A DNA stretch of 64,000 bases. Origin: an uncultured virus (IMG/VR IMGVR_UViG_2721755777_000003) (Duplodnaviria > Heunggongvirae > Uroviricota > Caudoviricetes). Position numbers and translations under genes: made by a program. The DNA lies in the IMG/VR virus record IMGVR_UViG_2721755777_000003, positions 1 through 64,000 of that record; one strand, 5' to 3'. Under the pieces are notes generated by a model. It searched no databases and was not told the DNA's origin. It saw nothing but the letters and a program-made list of their open reading frames with translations. Below, in pieces: positions 20,828 to 30,700 of this stretch (the stretch's first letter is position 1; each line of letters starts with the position of its first letter).

Positions 20828-21235
20828 TTAGTCTTTTTTAGTCAGCCTCTTCCACCATGAAGTTTTACGTTTTTCTTCTTCCTCTTTAAAGCGTTTATAT
20901 TCTTGTTTAAGTTGCTGATTAAATTCCTCTATTTTTTCTTGTTTTTGAATTGCTTTTTCAAGGCTCTCTTTATCTTCAATTGTTTTAATTACCTTGTCAG
21001 TCTGATATGTCCATTCATTTTTTGTGTTGCGCTGCCTGTCTGTTACGACTACATATTCGTTAAACCCTGGGATATACACTTTTCCTCCGACTTCAATTGG
21101 GTCTAAGTCGATGACTCCTTCAAAAAATGTCTGATATTCACATTGCTGTTCAATTGGGATAAGGGCATCACATAGACCTAATGTCCAACTTTTCTTGATT
21201 ATCTTCCCTTCAAATGTTGCTTTATGACGTACCAC
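20828..21235 (-). CDS. Hypothetical phage protein
   Basis: RBS AGGAGGTG. Confidence 0.6.
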   Translation of the reverse strand: MVRHKATFEGKIIKKSWTLGLCDALIPIEQQCEYQTFFEGVIDLDPIEVGGKVYIPGFNEYVVVTDRQRNTKNEWTYQTDKVIKTIEDKESLEKAIQKQEKIEEFNQQLKQEYKRFKEEEEKRKTSWWKRLTKKD

Positions 21236-21247
21236 TTATTCACCTCC

Positions 21248-21568
21248 TTAAATATAACTGCCTAATGTGTAATCTGAGATAATTCCCTCTTCAATTAAGT
21301 AGGACATAATTTCTTGGACTTTATCATGTATGATATGTGGAAATTCAAGTTTTTCTCTTGTATTAACATTCATGTAGTACTGATAATCATACGGTTGCAA
21401 ACATCTTTCATTTAGAACATCAATTTCACCTTTTAGACTGTTTTTATCTATTGTTAAATTAAATGTGATGTTAGGCTGGATTGTTTTTATGTAGTACCAC
21501 TTTGATTTCACGTGATCTGTAAAACCGATGTCCCTCATTTGTTTCTCTTCAAGTATGTGAAACCTCAT
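21248..21568 (-). CDS. Hypothetical phage protein
   Basis: ORF with RBS. Confidence 0.6.
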   Translation of the reverse strand: MRFHILEEKQMRDIGFTDHVKSKWYYIKTIQPNITFNLTIDKNSLKGEIDVLNERCLQPYDYQYYMNVNTREKLEFPHIIHDKVQEIMSYLIEEGIISDYTLGSYI

Positions 21569-21723
21569 TTTTCTCCCTCATTGATGATTTTCTTTAAAGC
21601 TTTTAAAAGCATGTTTAGTGATTTCTTGTCTCCCATTTCATCCCGATTGACCTCAATAAAGTGAATTGCTGATGTTAATTTATCCTGCATTTCAGTTGCT
21701 CCTTTCACGATAAAAATTGGATT

Positions 21724-22203
21724 TTAATCTAAATGCTCCATTACAATTTTTAGATAATCCTTATAGTCAATAGCAACCACATTGTCTCCTTTGACAAGTT
21801 GTTCACTTTTAACTCCAAAGAACCACCTGTCATCTATCCATTGACGACCAGTCATGTTATTGAAACCAAGTTCATCATGAGACCTGAAAGGACTTACCTT
21901 TTCAATTTGCTCAATCATAGATTTTATCTCGTTAAAATGCTTAGATCGTTTTTTGAATGCGTAAAATCCGTCTTTTGGATTTTTAACAATGTCATTTTTA
22001 AATAATTCATACGCTTCAGTTCCTTCATAGACTCCGAAATATTCAGAGTGATAAAACGCGAAACCTTCCTCGACGCCATACTTTTCTTCAAACTTGTCGA
22101 AGAAGGTGTTAATGCCCTCTTTTCGTTTCTTCTCTGCTTTATACCAGTTGCTCTCCTGTTTAACTTCATAAATCGGTGCATTTAAGGTTTGCATATTCCT
22201 CAC
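21724..22203 (-). CDS. Hypothetical phage protein
   Basis: 159-aa ORF with RBS. Confidence 0.6.
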   Translation of the reverse strand: MRNMQTLNAPIYEVKQESNWYKAEKKRKEGINTFFDKFEEKYGVEEGFAFYHSEYFGVYEGTEAYELFKNDIVKNPKDGFYAFKKRSKHFNEIKSMIEQIEKVSPFRSHDELGFNNMTGRQWIDDRWFFGVKSEQLVKGDNVVAIDYKDYLKIVMEHLD

Positions 22204-22271
22204 CCCTCATTATTTGTTTTGATTTGTCGTATAATGCGCTTGCCCGGGAAATTATGAATATTTTCTTCTGA

Positions 22272-22823
22272 CTATTTCCTCCAATAAGAATTCCTGCACG
22301 CATCCCATCGCTTACTACTTATCCAGTCAATCGTTATGGGTTTGAAATCTGTATTCTCAACGCTTATGCACACATGACTTAAATTTTCTAAGCCAGTTTC
22401 CTTGCTGTGCGTATGCCCATGTACATTGCAACAAAGTTGAAATTCCTCAATTAATCTGTTCATATTCTCCTGAGAAATTGGTTCATGAGTAAGGATATAA
22501 TCCTCATAGAGATACATCCTATGTGGATCAAAACCAAGTCTTCTAAACTTTGTATCTGAAATTCCTTTATCATGATTTCCTCTGATAAGAATGTTTCTTG
22601 TTTTCTTTAATCGACTTACTATGTACTCAATCCTTTTTGAATTGCAGAAGAACATGTCCCCCAGCCAAAATACTGTATCCCCTTCATTTACAGTGTTATT
22701 AAAGTTCTCAATGATAACATTGTCCATATGTTCTGTATCTGTGAACGGTCGTTTGTCGCCTTCATATTTAATGATGTTTTTATGTCCAAAGTGCGGATCA
22801 CTGATAAACCAATTAGTTGCCAT
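22272..22823 (-). CDS. Calcineurin-like metallophosphoesterase
   Basis: SDPHFGH, LGD, GNHD, THEP, HGHTH. Confidence 0.9.
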   Translation of the reverse strand: MATNWFISDPHFGHKNIIKYEGDKRPFTDTEHMDNVIIENFNNTVNEGDTVFWLGDMFFCNSKRIEYIVSRLKKTRNILIRGNHDKGISDTKFRRLGFDPHRMYLYEDYILTHEPISQENMNRLIEEFQLCCNVHGHTHSKETGLENLSHVCISVENTDFKPITIDWISSKRWDACRNSYWRK

Positions 22824-22901
22824 TAAATTATCTCCTCTCCAAACACTTTATTTTGAGGCATATCTCGATAACTCGATAAAAGGAATATTTTATTTTCACT
22901 C

Positions 22902-23087
22902 TTAAAATAACTGCAAGTAATCCAATGTCTTTTCTAATTTCATGTCTTTGCAATTCTCAATGCATTCTTTCTTGATTGCTTCTCCGCATTCTTTATGTAC
23001 CGGGAATTCCTTGTATTCTTTGTTGTCAGTTATTCTTATGTAATAAATGATGTCGCAAATGTGATCCCTGCATTTAACACACTCCAA
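22902..23087 (-). CDS. Small Cys/His-rich protein
   Basis: CVKC...HKEC; RBS GAGGTG; first gene after a promoter. Confidence 0.55.
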   Translation of the reverse strand: MECVKCRDHICDIIYYIRITDNKEYKEFPVHKECGEAIKKECIENCKDMKLEKTLDYLQLF

Positions 23088-23113
23088 TGCATCACCTCGC
23101 TTCCTATATTTCT

Positions 23114-23162
23114 AATATACTCGCTTTCACCCGAACAATCAATAACTATTTTATTTTTACTC
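23114..23162 (-). promoter_or_regulatory. Sigma-A promoter with upstream repeated element
   Basis: GAGTAAAAATAAAATAGTTA-TTGATT-N17-TATATT. Confidence 0.7.
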
Positions 23163-23219
23163 TAAATATTTTTTTAAAAGTAGGAGAGTTTCCTCCCCTA
23201 CAGTACAATAAGGCTGCCG

Positions 23220-23384
23220 CTAATGGTCTTCAGTTCGTGTATGAAATACACGAACAATTATTGCCGCTATGAAGAATAAGGCAAACAATCCAAAAGCCAT
23301 TGATCCATTCTTTAAAATTATCCCAAAGATCAACAAAGCGCAACCAGACAAAATAAATAGTATTTTACTTAAGATATTGATCAT
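23220..23384 (-). CDS. 54-aa two-TM protein, putative immunity protein; not in ORF track
   Basis: MINILSKILFILSGCALLIFGIILKNGSMAFGLFALFFIAAIIVRVFHTRTEDH; ATGA overlap with upstream gene; hairpin downstream. Confidence 0.7.
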   Translation of the reverse strand: MINILSKILFILSGCALLIFGIILKNGSMAFGLFALFFIAAIIVRVFHTRTEDH

Positions 23385-24139
23385 TTACACTTCTCCATAC
23401 AATCAAAGAATGCATTTACACCAATAATACCAGCAGAATTTACACAAGCATAGCAAGCAGTCCCTGCTGTTGCTGGAACACCAGCTGTGCATGAAACTCC
23501 ACATAAAATAGCTAAACCGGTAATTGCCCATTGGCTAATATTTTTATCACCTAAGCAATCTGATACGCATCCAGTCCAACTCTTCTGAGCACTCATCATG
23601 TTAGATGAGCTTCCTTTGTCCTCTGAAGTTTGTTTTGTTTCAAAGACCCCAGACTTGTCCTCATCCTTAACACCATTAACCCAATAATTCATTTCATTTT
23701 GAGTACTGCTGATTTTCTTCATGTCAACTTCATAGTATTCTTCAATATTCATATCGCTATCAAACGAAACATTAAATGAGCTAACTCTGTCTACTTTTTC
23801 AGTGTCCACGTATAAATAAGAAACCGAATAAGTTACTGTGCCATCATCATACTTAATAGCTCTAACTGATGCATTATCAAATACCTTTTCGTTTGATTTA
23901 TGATACTTAATGTCTCCATCTTCAATTGCTTTTTCTGCCTTGGAAAGAAGTTTTTCCTTAGTCTTTTTACTCACATCAATAGTGTGATCTGCAATAAATT
24001 CTGCCTCTGATTTTACTTTATCCTTGTCGACATTATCTGTTGAGATTGTGCTCTTTGCATCACTGTTCGGAGGAAATGTTGAAAAGGCCAGCACAAATAC
24101 GGCAACTAGTGCTAAGATCGTTCGATAAAAATTGTTCAT
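23381..24139 (-). CDS. Secreted precursor with C-terminal Cys-rich halocin C8-like bacteriocin domain
   Basis: Signal peptide ending SDA; charged pro-region; hydrophobic tail with four Cys pairs (CVSDC, CGVSC, CYAC, CMEKC). Confidence 0.7.
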   Translation of the reverse strand: MNNFYRTILALVAVFVLAFSTFPPNSDAKSTISTDNVDKDKVKSEAEFIADHTIDVSKKTKEKLLSKAEKAIEDGDIKYHKSNEKVFDNASVRAIKYDDGTVTYSVSYLYVDTEKVDRVSSFNVSFDSDMNIEEYYEVDMKKISSTQNEMNYWVNGVKDEDKSGVFETKQTSEDKGSSSNMMSAQKSWTGCVSDCLGDKNISQWAITGLAILCGVSCTAGVPATAGTACYACVNSAGIIGVNAFFDCMEKCK

Positions 24140-24325
24140 AAAATATCCCCTTTGTAAAAATATAATTCGCATCTGGCACCAATACTTATCAAACAAACAA
24201 TCTCATAAATCACCTTCTTTCTTTAATAAATGCTACCAATCATATAAATAATTGTTAAGAAATACTGACGATTTTGAATATTAAGTAACACAGATGTCCT
24301 TATATCAAAGGGATATTGCTCACCT

Positions 24326-24523
24326 TTATAAACAACTTATGTAATTTTGTAATTCATTAGATTTAGTAAAAATCTCACCGAATTTTTTGTCTATAGTTTT
24401 CCATTGTCTTTCAGATGTTGAAGGCAACTCATTTTCAAGGTAAATGAACAACTCATCAACTCTGCTACTAAGTTGATCCATATTTTGCACGAGTGTTTCT
24501 TTTATTGGATCAGATATATACAT
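24326..24523 (-). CDS. Hypothetical phage protein
   Basis: RBS GGAGG. Confidence 0.55.
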   Translation of the reverse strand: MYISDPIKETLVQNMDQLSSRVDELFIYLENELPSTSERQWKTIDKKFGEIFTKSNELQNYISCL

Positions 24524-24537
24524 GGATCTGTCCTCCC

Positions 24538-24765
24538 TTATGAAAAGATAATTACCGCCTTGCTGTTGTTATTTTTTATGTATGGAGCATATTTTCGTTC
24601 AAGATAATTCCTTGACTTTCCTTCTCCCAGACTCACATTATAAATATCTCTTACTTTATGTACTTCATATGCTTGTTCTTTTGCCTGTTCAGGTGATAAC
24701 GCCTCAATTATTATAGACGTATTTTCGTCTTTGTGATCTTTACATCTAACATAGTACCTTTTCAA
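24538..24765 (-). CDS. Hypothetical phage protein
   Basis: ORF with RBS. Confidence 0.55.
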   Translation of the reverse strand: MKRYYVRCKDHKDENTSIIIEALSPEQAKEQAYEVHKVRDIYNVSLGEGKSRNYLERKYAPYIKNNNSKAVIIFS

Positions 24766-24802
24766 TAAACATCCCTTTATCCTTTCTTTTAATCCTGTTA
24801 TA

Positions 24803-25030
24803 TTAATCCTCTTTTAGATAAGACTTAAAGAAATCTTCTAGGTTTGCAGCAATTGCACCGACAACTTCTGCATAATGTGTATGGCTCTTCTCTTCGGATG
24901 TTAAAAGTTCAACTGCAGACTTAGCAATCGCTTTTATTTTCTCCTCGTCTAATTTTCCGCTTCTTACTTCGTCTTTAATCTTTTCGGCTTTCTCTTTTAA
25001 GCTTTCTGGATAGTTCACCGCAGACTCCAC
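24803..25030 (-). CDS. Hypothetical phage protein
   Basis: ORF in operon. Confidence 0.55.
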   Translation of the reverse strand: MESAVNYPESLKEKAEKIKDEVRSGKLDEEKIKAIAKSAVELLTSEEKSHTHYAEVVGAIAANLEDFFKSYLKED

Positions 25031-25161
25031 CTCTTATATTTTATTTTTACTCTAAATAAAATTGATCTTTTAATCGGTTTCACAAACACTTCACACATTT
25101 CAAATATTTTACATGTTAGACTAGGGTTGTACTTACAATCAAAACCTAGGAGGTAATCCTT

Positions 25162-25509
25162 ATGAAAAAGTTTTACAAAGGATTGATTGTTTCTGCTCTA
25201 TCGCTTACAACACTAGCTCTCCCTGCATTCACATCACAAGCTTCAGCCCTAACACCTGTCAAATCAGTTGACCAAGTTAAGCAGCTAGGCGATCCGCTCG
25301 GTACAGTTGATTACCACATGCTTAGGAATTCTAACGTATCTCTATTAAAAGGTTACACCCGGTGGGAAATTGTATCTGGAAGCAACCTTATAAGCATTAG
25401 TTCCAGTGGTGTCGTATCCTCTCATTCAACTTTAGGCACAGCATTGGTTTACGCGTATGACATTAACGACAATTATGTGATTTATAAAATTACAGTAGAA
25501 GCACGTTAG
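25162..25509 (+). CDS. Secreted small beta-rich (possibly Ig-like) protein, stand-alone cassette
   Basis: RBS AGGAGG; signal ending ASA; terminator AAGGAGTG...CACTCCTT-T. Confidence 0.75.
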   Translation: MKKFYKGLIVSALSLTTLALPAFTSQASALTPVKSVDQVKQLGDPLGTVDYHMLRNSNVSLLKGYTRWEIVSGSNLISISSSGVVSSHSTLGTALVYAYDINDNYVIYKITVEAR

Positions 25510-25571
25510 TTTACTAAGGAGTGTTAATTCACTCCTTTTAACTTTATTTTCACTCTAAATATAATGATATT

Positions 25572-26090
25572 TTAAAGTAATTTCCGTTCAATCTCTTCCC
25601 AATTCATAACACGAATAAATCTATTGTCATTCCTGTTATGCGGTGCATCAAATAGTATCTTCATTCCATCAAATGTTTCTAAGTTATGTACTCCGTCATC
25701 AACCATGATATCTGCTTTAATTATGTTTTTATTGCCACAAAGCACCACATTGCTATGTGGAATAAATGGAAAATGCTCTGTAAGCCATTCTAACTTTGCT
25801 TTAAGGGATTCCGGATGGTTTGTTGCTGTAGTAACAACATATACTTCATATTTCTTCGTCAGCTCCTCAACTATCCTCTGACTTCCTTCTATAACATCCA
25901 GATTTCTGAACAATTCGTAATCCAAATGTCTATAAACATTGTTTTGGGTATTTGTATATTTGCTAATATTCCAGCACAGTATATCTTCCTCTTTTAGAAA
26001 AGGATCGTCATAGGCGTTAATGTAGGCTACCCAATCACTTAGTAAATCAGCTAAAACTTGATCCATATCAATTGCAATTACTTTCTTCAT
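25572..26090 (-). CDS. yorS: 5'(3')-deoxyribonucleotidase (HAD)
   Basis: IAIDMDQVLAD; MVDD; PHN. Confidence 0.9.
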   Translation of the reverse strand: MKKVIAIDMDQVLADLLSDWVAYINAYDDPFLKEEDILCWNISKYTNTQNNVYRHLDYELFRNLDVIEGSQRIVEELTKKYEVYVVTTATNHPESLKAKLEWLTEHFPFIPHSNVVLCGNKNIIKADIMVDDGVHNLETFDGMKILFDAPHNRNDNRFIRVMNWEEIERKLL

Positions 26091-26098
26091 AAATCCCC

Positions 26099-26596
26099 CT
26101 ATCCCATTAAAAAGATTATGTCTTCAGCAATTTCTTTGCTAGGCCACTGCTCTGTATCCCATGAATATGTATGTAATCCTGTATCGCTCATTACTTCTCT
26201 GTATAACTCTAAGACCGGTTCAATATCTCGATCATTTATGTATTCATCACCACGTTCACTTAAACGCTGCTTAATAACTTTCGGATCAGCATGTAAGTAG
26301 ATCACCTTGGCTTTGTCTCTAATCTTCTCCTCAATCAGCCTTTGCTGTTCTTCCGTTAAGATTGAGTAATCCTTGAACTTCCTCGCATAAACCAAATTTG
26401 AATATATGTATCGGTCAATAATTACATTGTCCTCATCGGCTAGCTTATTAAAGTGTTCAAACAGCTTCTCATTACCGCTCTTGGCCAATTCAAAGCTGGA
26501 TCCCTTTATTACCGGATATCCGAGTTCTTTGCTTAGCTTATCTGCTACTGTTGATTTATAGCAGCAGTCAGTGCCTTCTAAAATTATCATCGTCAT
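26099..26596 (-). CDS. yorR: Deoxynucleotide monophosphate kinase-like P-loop protein
   Basis: LEGTDCCYKST; IIDRY. Confidence 0.85.
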   Translation of the reverse strand: MTMIILEGTDCCYKSTVADKLSKELGYPVIKGSSFELAKSGNEKLFEHFNKLADEDNVIIDRYIYSNLVYARKFKDYSILTEEQQRLIEEKIRDKAKVIYLHADPKVIKQRLSERGDEYINDRDIEPVLELYREVMSDTGLHTYSWDTEQWPSKEIAEDIIFLMG

Positions 26597-26755
26597 TTAT
26601 CTTCCACCCTTCTTACATTGCTGAAGCCAAGCACTCTATATGAGCCGTCTGGATACTCAACTTCTAATTGCTCATGTCCTTTATCAACTTGTGCAACAAC
26701 ACCAATCTCTCCTGTGAAACCAGCAATCACCTTCTCTCCCTTTTTGAACATACAA

Positions 26756-26959
26756 TTAACCTCCTTTAGCTGGATTTAATTCATGCTCCTTGAAGAATGT
26801 AATATCACCTGTTTCATCACTGACCGCGTAATCATATGTCGCAGAGTGAAGCAACTCAATAATTTTCCCCTCCCGTCCAACATGATGAGGACAAGCGTTC
26901 TTTGCATTCTCATTTATGATGACTTTTAACCCTTCTGGATAAGACCAAAACTTCGGCAA
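26756..26959 (-). CDS. yorP: YorP-family SH3-like protein
   Basis: Recalled similarity; synteny. Confidence 0.7.
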   Translation of the reverse strand: MPKFWSYPEGLKVIINENAKNACPHHVGREGKIIELLHSATYDYAVSDETGDITFFKEHELNPAKGG

Positions 26960-26970
26960 TTAACCGCCTC

Positions 26971-27678
26971 CTAACTAATAATCGAGATTGTCCCATTTTG
27001 CTTGCCAAAATTAATTGCGTCACGCTCGGTTGCTACAAGCAAGTCCACTTTATTTCCAACGATTGCGCCTCCAGTATCAATTGCAATTGCTTTGAACGTT
27101 TCCCCACCAATGCTTATTTCAACAATTGAATTCAAGGGAATGACACTTGGATCGGTTGCAATAACACGATACCCTTTGTAATAGATTGATTGAGTAACAT
27201 CAACACCTGTTCTAGTTGTTCCTGTGCATCCTTCTTGGCAGTGGGCAATATAAGCACTCAGCTTAACCTGGATGGTTTTCTTTGCGGCCGGCGGCTTGTT
27301 TTCTTTTTCTTTAATTTCAGTTTTATTTTTACTCTTAAAAACTCTATGCTTTGCCTTTTCACCTCCTCTCATGTGCCTTTTCTTACTTTGCTTAGGTTTA
27401 ATGAGTTTTGCTGAGATAATCTTCTCTGTATGCCTTTTTAATTGTTGTTCTTTGTTCGTTTGAGCTTTTTTAAATAACCGCAAGACAATATTCTCACTTG
27501 ATGGTATCCTAATCTGTCTAGGCTTCTTATAAAATGATTCTTTTATTGAGTCTTCATTTCCCTCTGTTTTATGCAAATGCTGCTCATAACTTATGTAAGA
27601 AAAAGTGGTTAAGGGAATTAAAATCATCATACCATAAACAGATCTGGAAATGTGTGATTTTATTTTATTTTTATTCAT
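26971..27678 (-). CDS. yorM: Membrane-anchored 3D-domain protein
   Basis: IATDPSVIPL, DTGGAI, VDLL; N-terminal TM segment. Confidence 0.85.
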   Translation of the reverse strand: MNKNKIKSHISRSVYGMMILIPLTTFSYISYEQHLHKTEGNEDSIKESFYKKPRQIRIPSSENIVLRLFKKAQTNKEQQLKRHTEKIISAKLIKPKQSKKRHMRGGEKAKHRVFKSKNKTEIKEKENKPPAAKKTIQVKLSAYIAHCQEGCTGTTRTGVDVTQSIYYKGYRVIATDPSVIPLNSIVEISIGGETFKAIAIDTGGAIVGNKVDLLVATERDAINFGKQNGTISIIS

Positions 27679-27704
27679 AAAATTTTTATTGATAATCCTG
27701 CCTC

Positions 27705-30700
27705 CTATACCTCAGCTCTTTTGGTTGTTAGACTGATATTCCCTTTCCTATCAACATGATCAATTCTACAGACCGTGTGGCTATAGATACTGTTCTTATA
27801 TACTTTAGGGATAAAGTTATTGCCTCTTCTGAATCCAGTGAACATGAGCAAAGTTCCTCTGGTATACCAAGACTTCTCAACAACCTCTTTTTTGCCGCCA
27901 GTGACAGGTCGAGAAATCTGTTTATTATAATGTCCAAAGCTGCCAGCCCACTGTTTAACTGTAACCACCCCTGTAGGTGTAAGGAGTGTGATTGTGTGCT
28001 TGTTTTTATCCCTGTCTAATACGGTTCCTATAATTCGAGTCGTTTCATATTCATACAGAGTTTTTCCTCGCCATTGATATGGTTTCCCTTTGATTGGCTC
28101 TTCTGGCAGCTCATAAAAATCAGCAATATCATACTTAGCAAAGTTAACACCAGAAAGTTCATGATCGTTATAGTAATAACTCAATGAATCCATCTCCCAT
28201 TTACCAAGAGATCCATCGGCATACTTAGACCACTCTTTCTTAAGTAAGCAATTGTTAAGCCCACTTAAGGCTTCTTCAGTCGATATCCAGTCTTTGATTT
28301 TGGACATTTTACTGTCATATTCTTTTTTAAACAACCTTTCTGATATAACAAGTTGTCCATTAATCATATCAACGATTCCGCTTTCACTGAAATGCTGATT
28401 GTAAAAGTCGGAAGACATATCATCTAATAAGAAAAGCCTGTCTTTTGGAGATTTCATTGTCTTGTAAACCTTTTTGCTGATGTATTCTTTGAAACGGAAG
28501 AATCTAATTTCTAAAGCATATTCCTGGGGAACAATATTGTTTTCAATTAGCATTTTTAAATTCGATAAAGTTAGTTTAGTTTTAGGCTCAGATATCAAAC
28601 TAATAAAGGATTCCATTATTTTTTGTCTATCACCAAAAGAATCAAAACAACCACCTTTTATTAGTTGGATTACCTGTCCTTTTTTTAGGATGCTACTTCT
28701 GAACATTCTTTCGATGAAGTCGTCAAAGTCACTGTATGGCCTATTTGCAATTATTTGATGAACAACATCGTCACCGATTCCATTCATTCCTTTTAATCCA
28801 AATATAATAGAGTTACTTTCCGTATCTGCTTTAAAACCAAAATTTGCGCTATTGATTTCAGGTAAATCAACTTTAATTCCTCTTTTTCTGATATTCCCTA
28901 TAGCTGCAGCCACTTTACCATAGTTTGTGGCGGCTGATTTTTTGGTGGCCTGATCTTCTTCGCTCTCAATTCCACCACTGTTGACCGTTAAACAAGCTGT
29001 ACTCCAATACAATGGGTTGTACTTATAGTTAAGGTTCAATTCTTGAAGAGCAATAATAGAATATGCAAGAGTATGCAGGCTGCTGAACGAGTATCCGAAT
29101 TGTCTTTTAAATTGTACTTCCCAGACATATTTTAAAAGGTTTTCAGATGTTCCCAAGCTTCGCCCTTTCTCAAAAAACATTGTCTTTATTGCATCAATCA
29201 TTTTTTTGATTTTTTTGGCTATCCCTTTTCTTAGCTTATTAGATTCTTCAATGCTAAACCCAGCAATTTCTTTGTCCATGGATAGCATCATAACTGATTC
29301 CTGTGTATCTGCGATCCCGTATAGACCTTCTTCTGGTTTATATAGATGTTTTTTAAGTACATCCATTTCTTCTGAACTTAAATTGTAATTTCTCATTTCT
29401 TGATACCAGTTGTCGATGTCTTTTTTAAATCTTACATATGTATCTACAGGCTGTTCTTCCCCTTCTGACATCAGTCTCATTAAAGAATTTGTTACGGCTG
29501 TTTCCAATAAGTTTTTCGGCTTAACTTTAACAACGGATTGGTTGCCCACTTCTGTATCAAACTGAAACAAATCCATTATTTCTCCTTCGCCAGCCATTTC
29601 CCATATTCTCTTAGAGTTATACTCCAAAGTATCTGGATGCAAATACTTAGTATAAGTTCTTTTTAAAGTTCCTTGGGACTCTATTTGATTGTCTTCGATA
29701 AGCTGGTCTAAGGCTACTCGAATTTTATCTAATCCCTCAATAGTCAACAGATCATACTTAACAGAACCCATTGCTTCACTGTCGCCCATATTGAACTGTG
29801 TGATATATGCTCCTTTTGGTGTCCTCATCATTGCGTTTGATTTGGTGTATTCATCATTGAATATTAAGACGCCGGCTGCATGAGAAGATCGTTTGTTAGT
29901 TAAACCTTCAATTTTCAGACAGGTTTCTTTCAGATTGGGATATCCCTCGACCTCTCTAATAAATTCCTTAATGGGCTTTCTACCTAATTCTTCATTGCCA
30001 AAGAAGCAATCGGAGAGAGTCCAGTTTGCTCCCCTTTCAAATGGAATCATTCCACTTAAATATTGAGAGATATCATTATCAATTCCTAAGCCTCTGCAAG
30101 CAGTTTGAAGTGCGGATTTAGATTTCTCAGTTCCAAAAGTGCAAATCTGCAGTACTCTTTTTTCTCCAAACTTGTCCCTTAATGCTTTTAAGATCCTTGG
30201 ACGCTTAGATCCTTCAGTATCAATATCGATATCCGGCAAATCCGGTCTCGATTTATGTATGTGACGCCAATGAGGAAGGTTGTACTGCATTGGGTTAATT
30301 TGCGTAATGTCTAACAAGTAATTTACTAAAAAACCTGCTGCGCTCCCCCTTGCTGCTCCAACTAAGCTGTCTCCTCCACATTCATCATCCCAAATTGTAT
30401 TGATGATTTCCCGGACAGTAACATAATAAGATGACATGGCCTGTTTTAGCTTCTCACTAATTTCCCATAGCTCACCCAATTCTAGATCAATCCGTTTTAA
30501 AATTGAGTGCAACTCTTTTTTAGACATATCCTTTTTCATTAGCTTTGCCTTAAAACCATCTTCAATTAGCTTTAACAAATACCTGTCCTGTTCTTCATCA
30601 GATTCAGCCATTAATTTTATATATTTATATTTCTTATATGCCGGCTTGAACAAATGGGATAATTCAAACTCAGGTAAAGCCATTTTTGGAATAATTGGTT

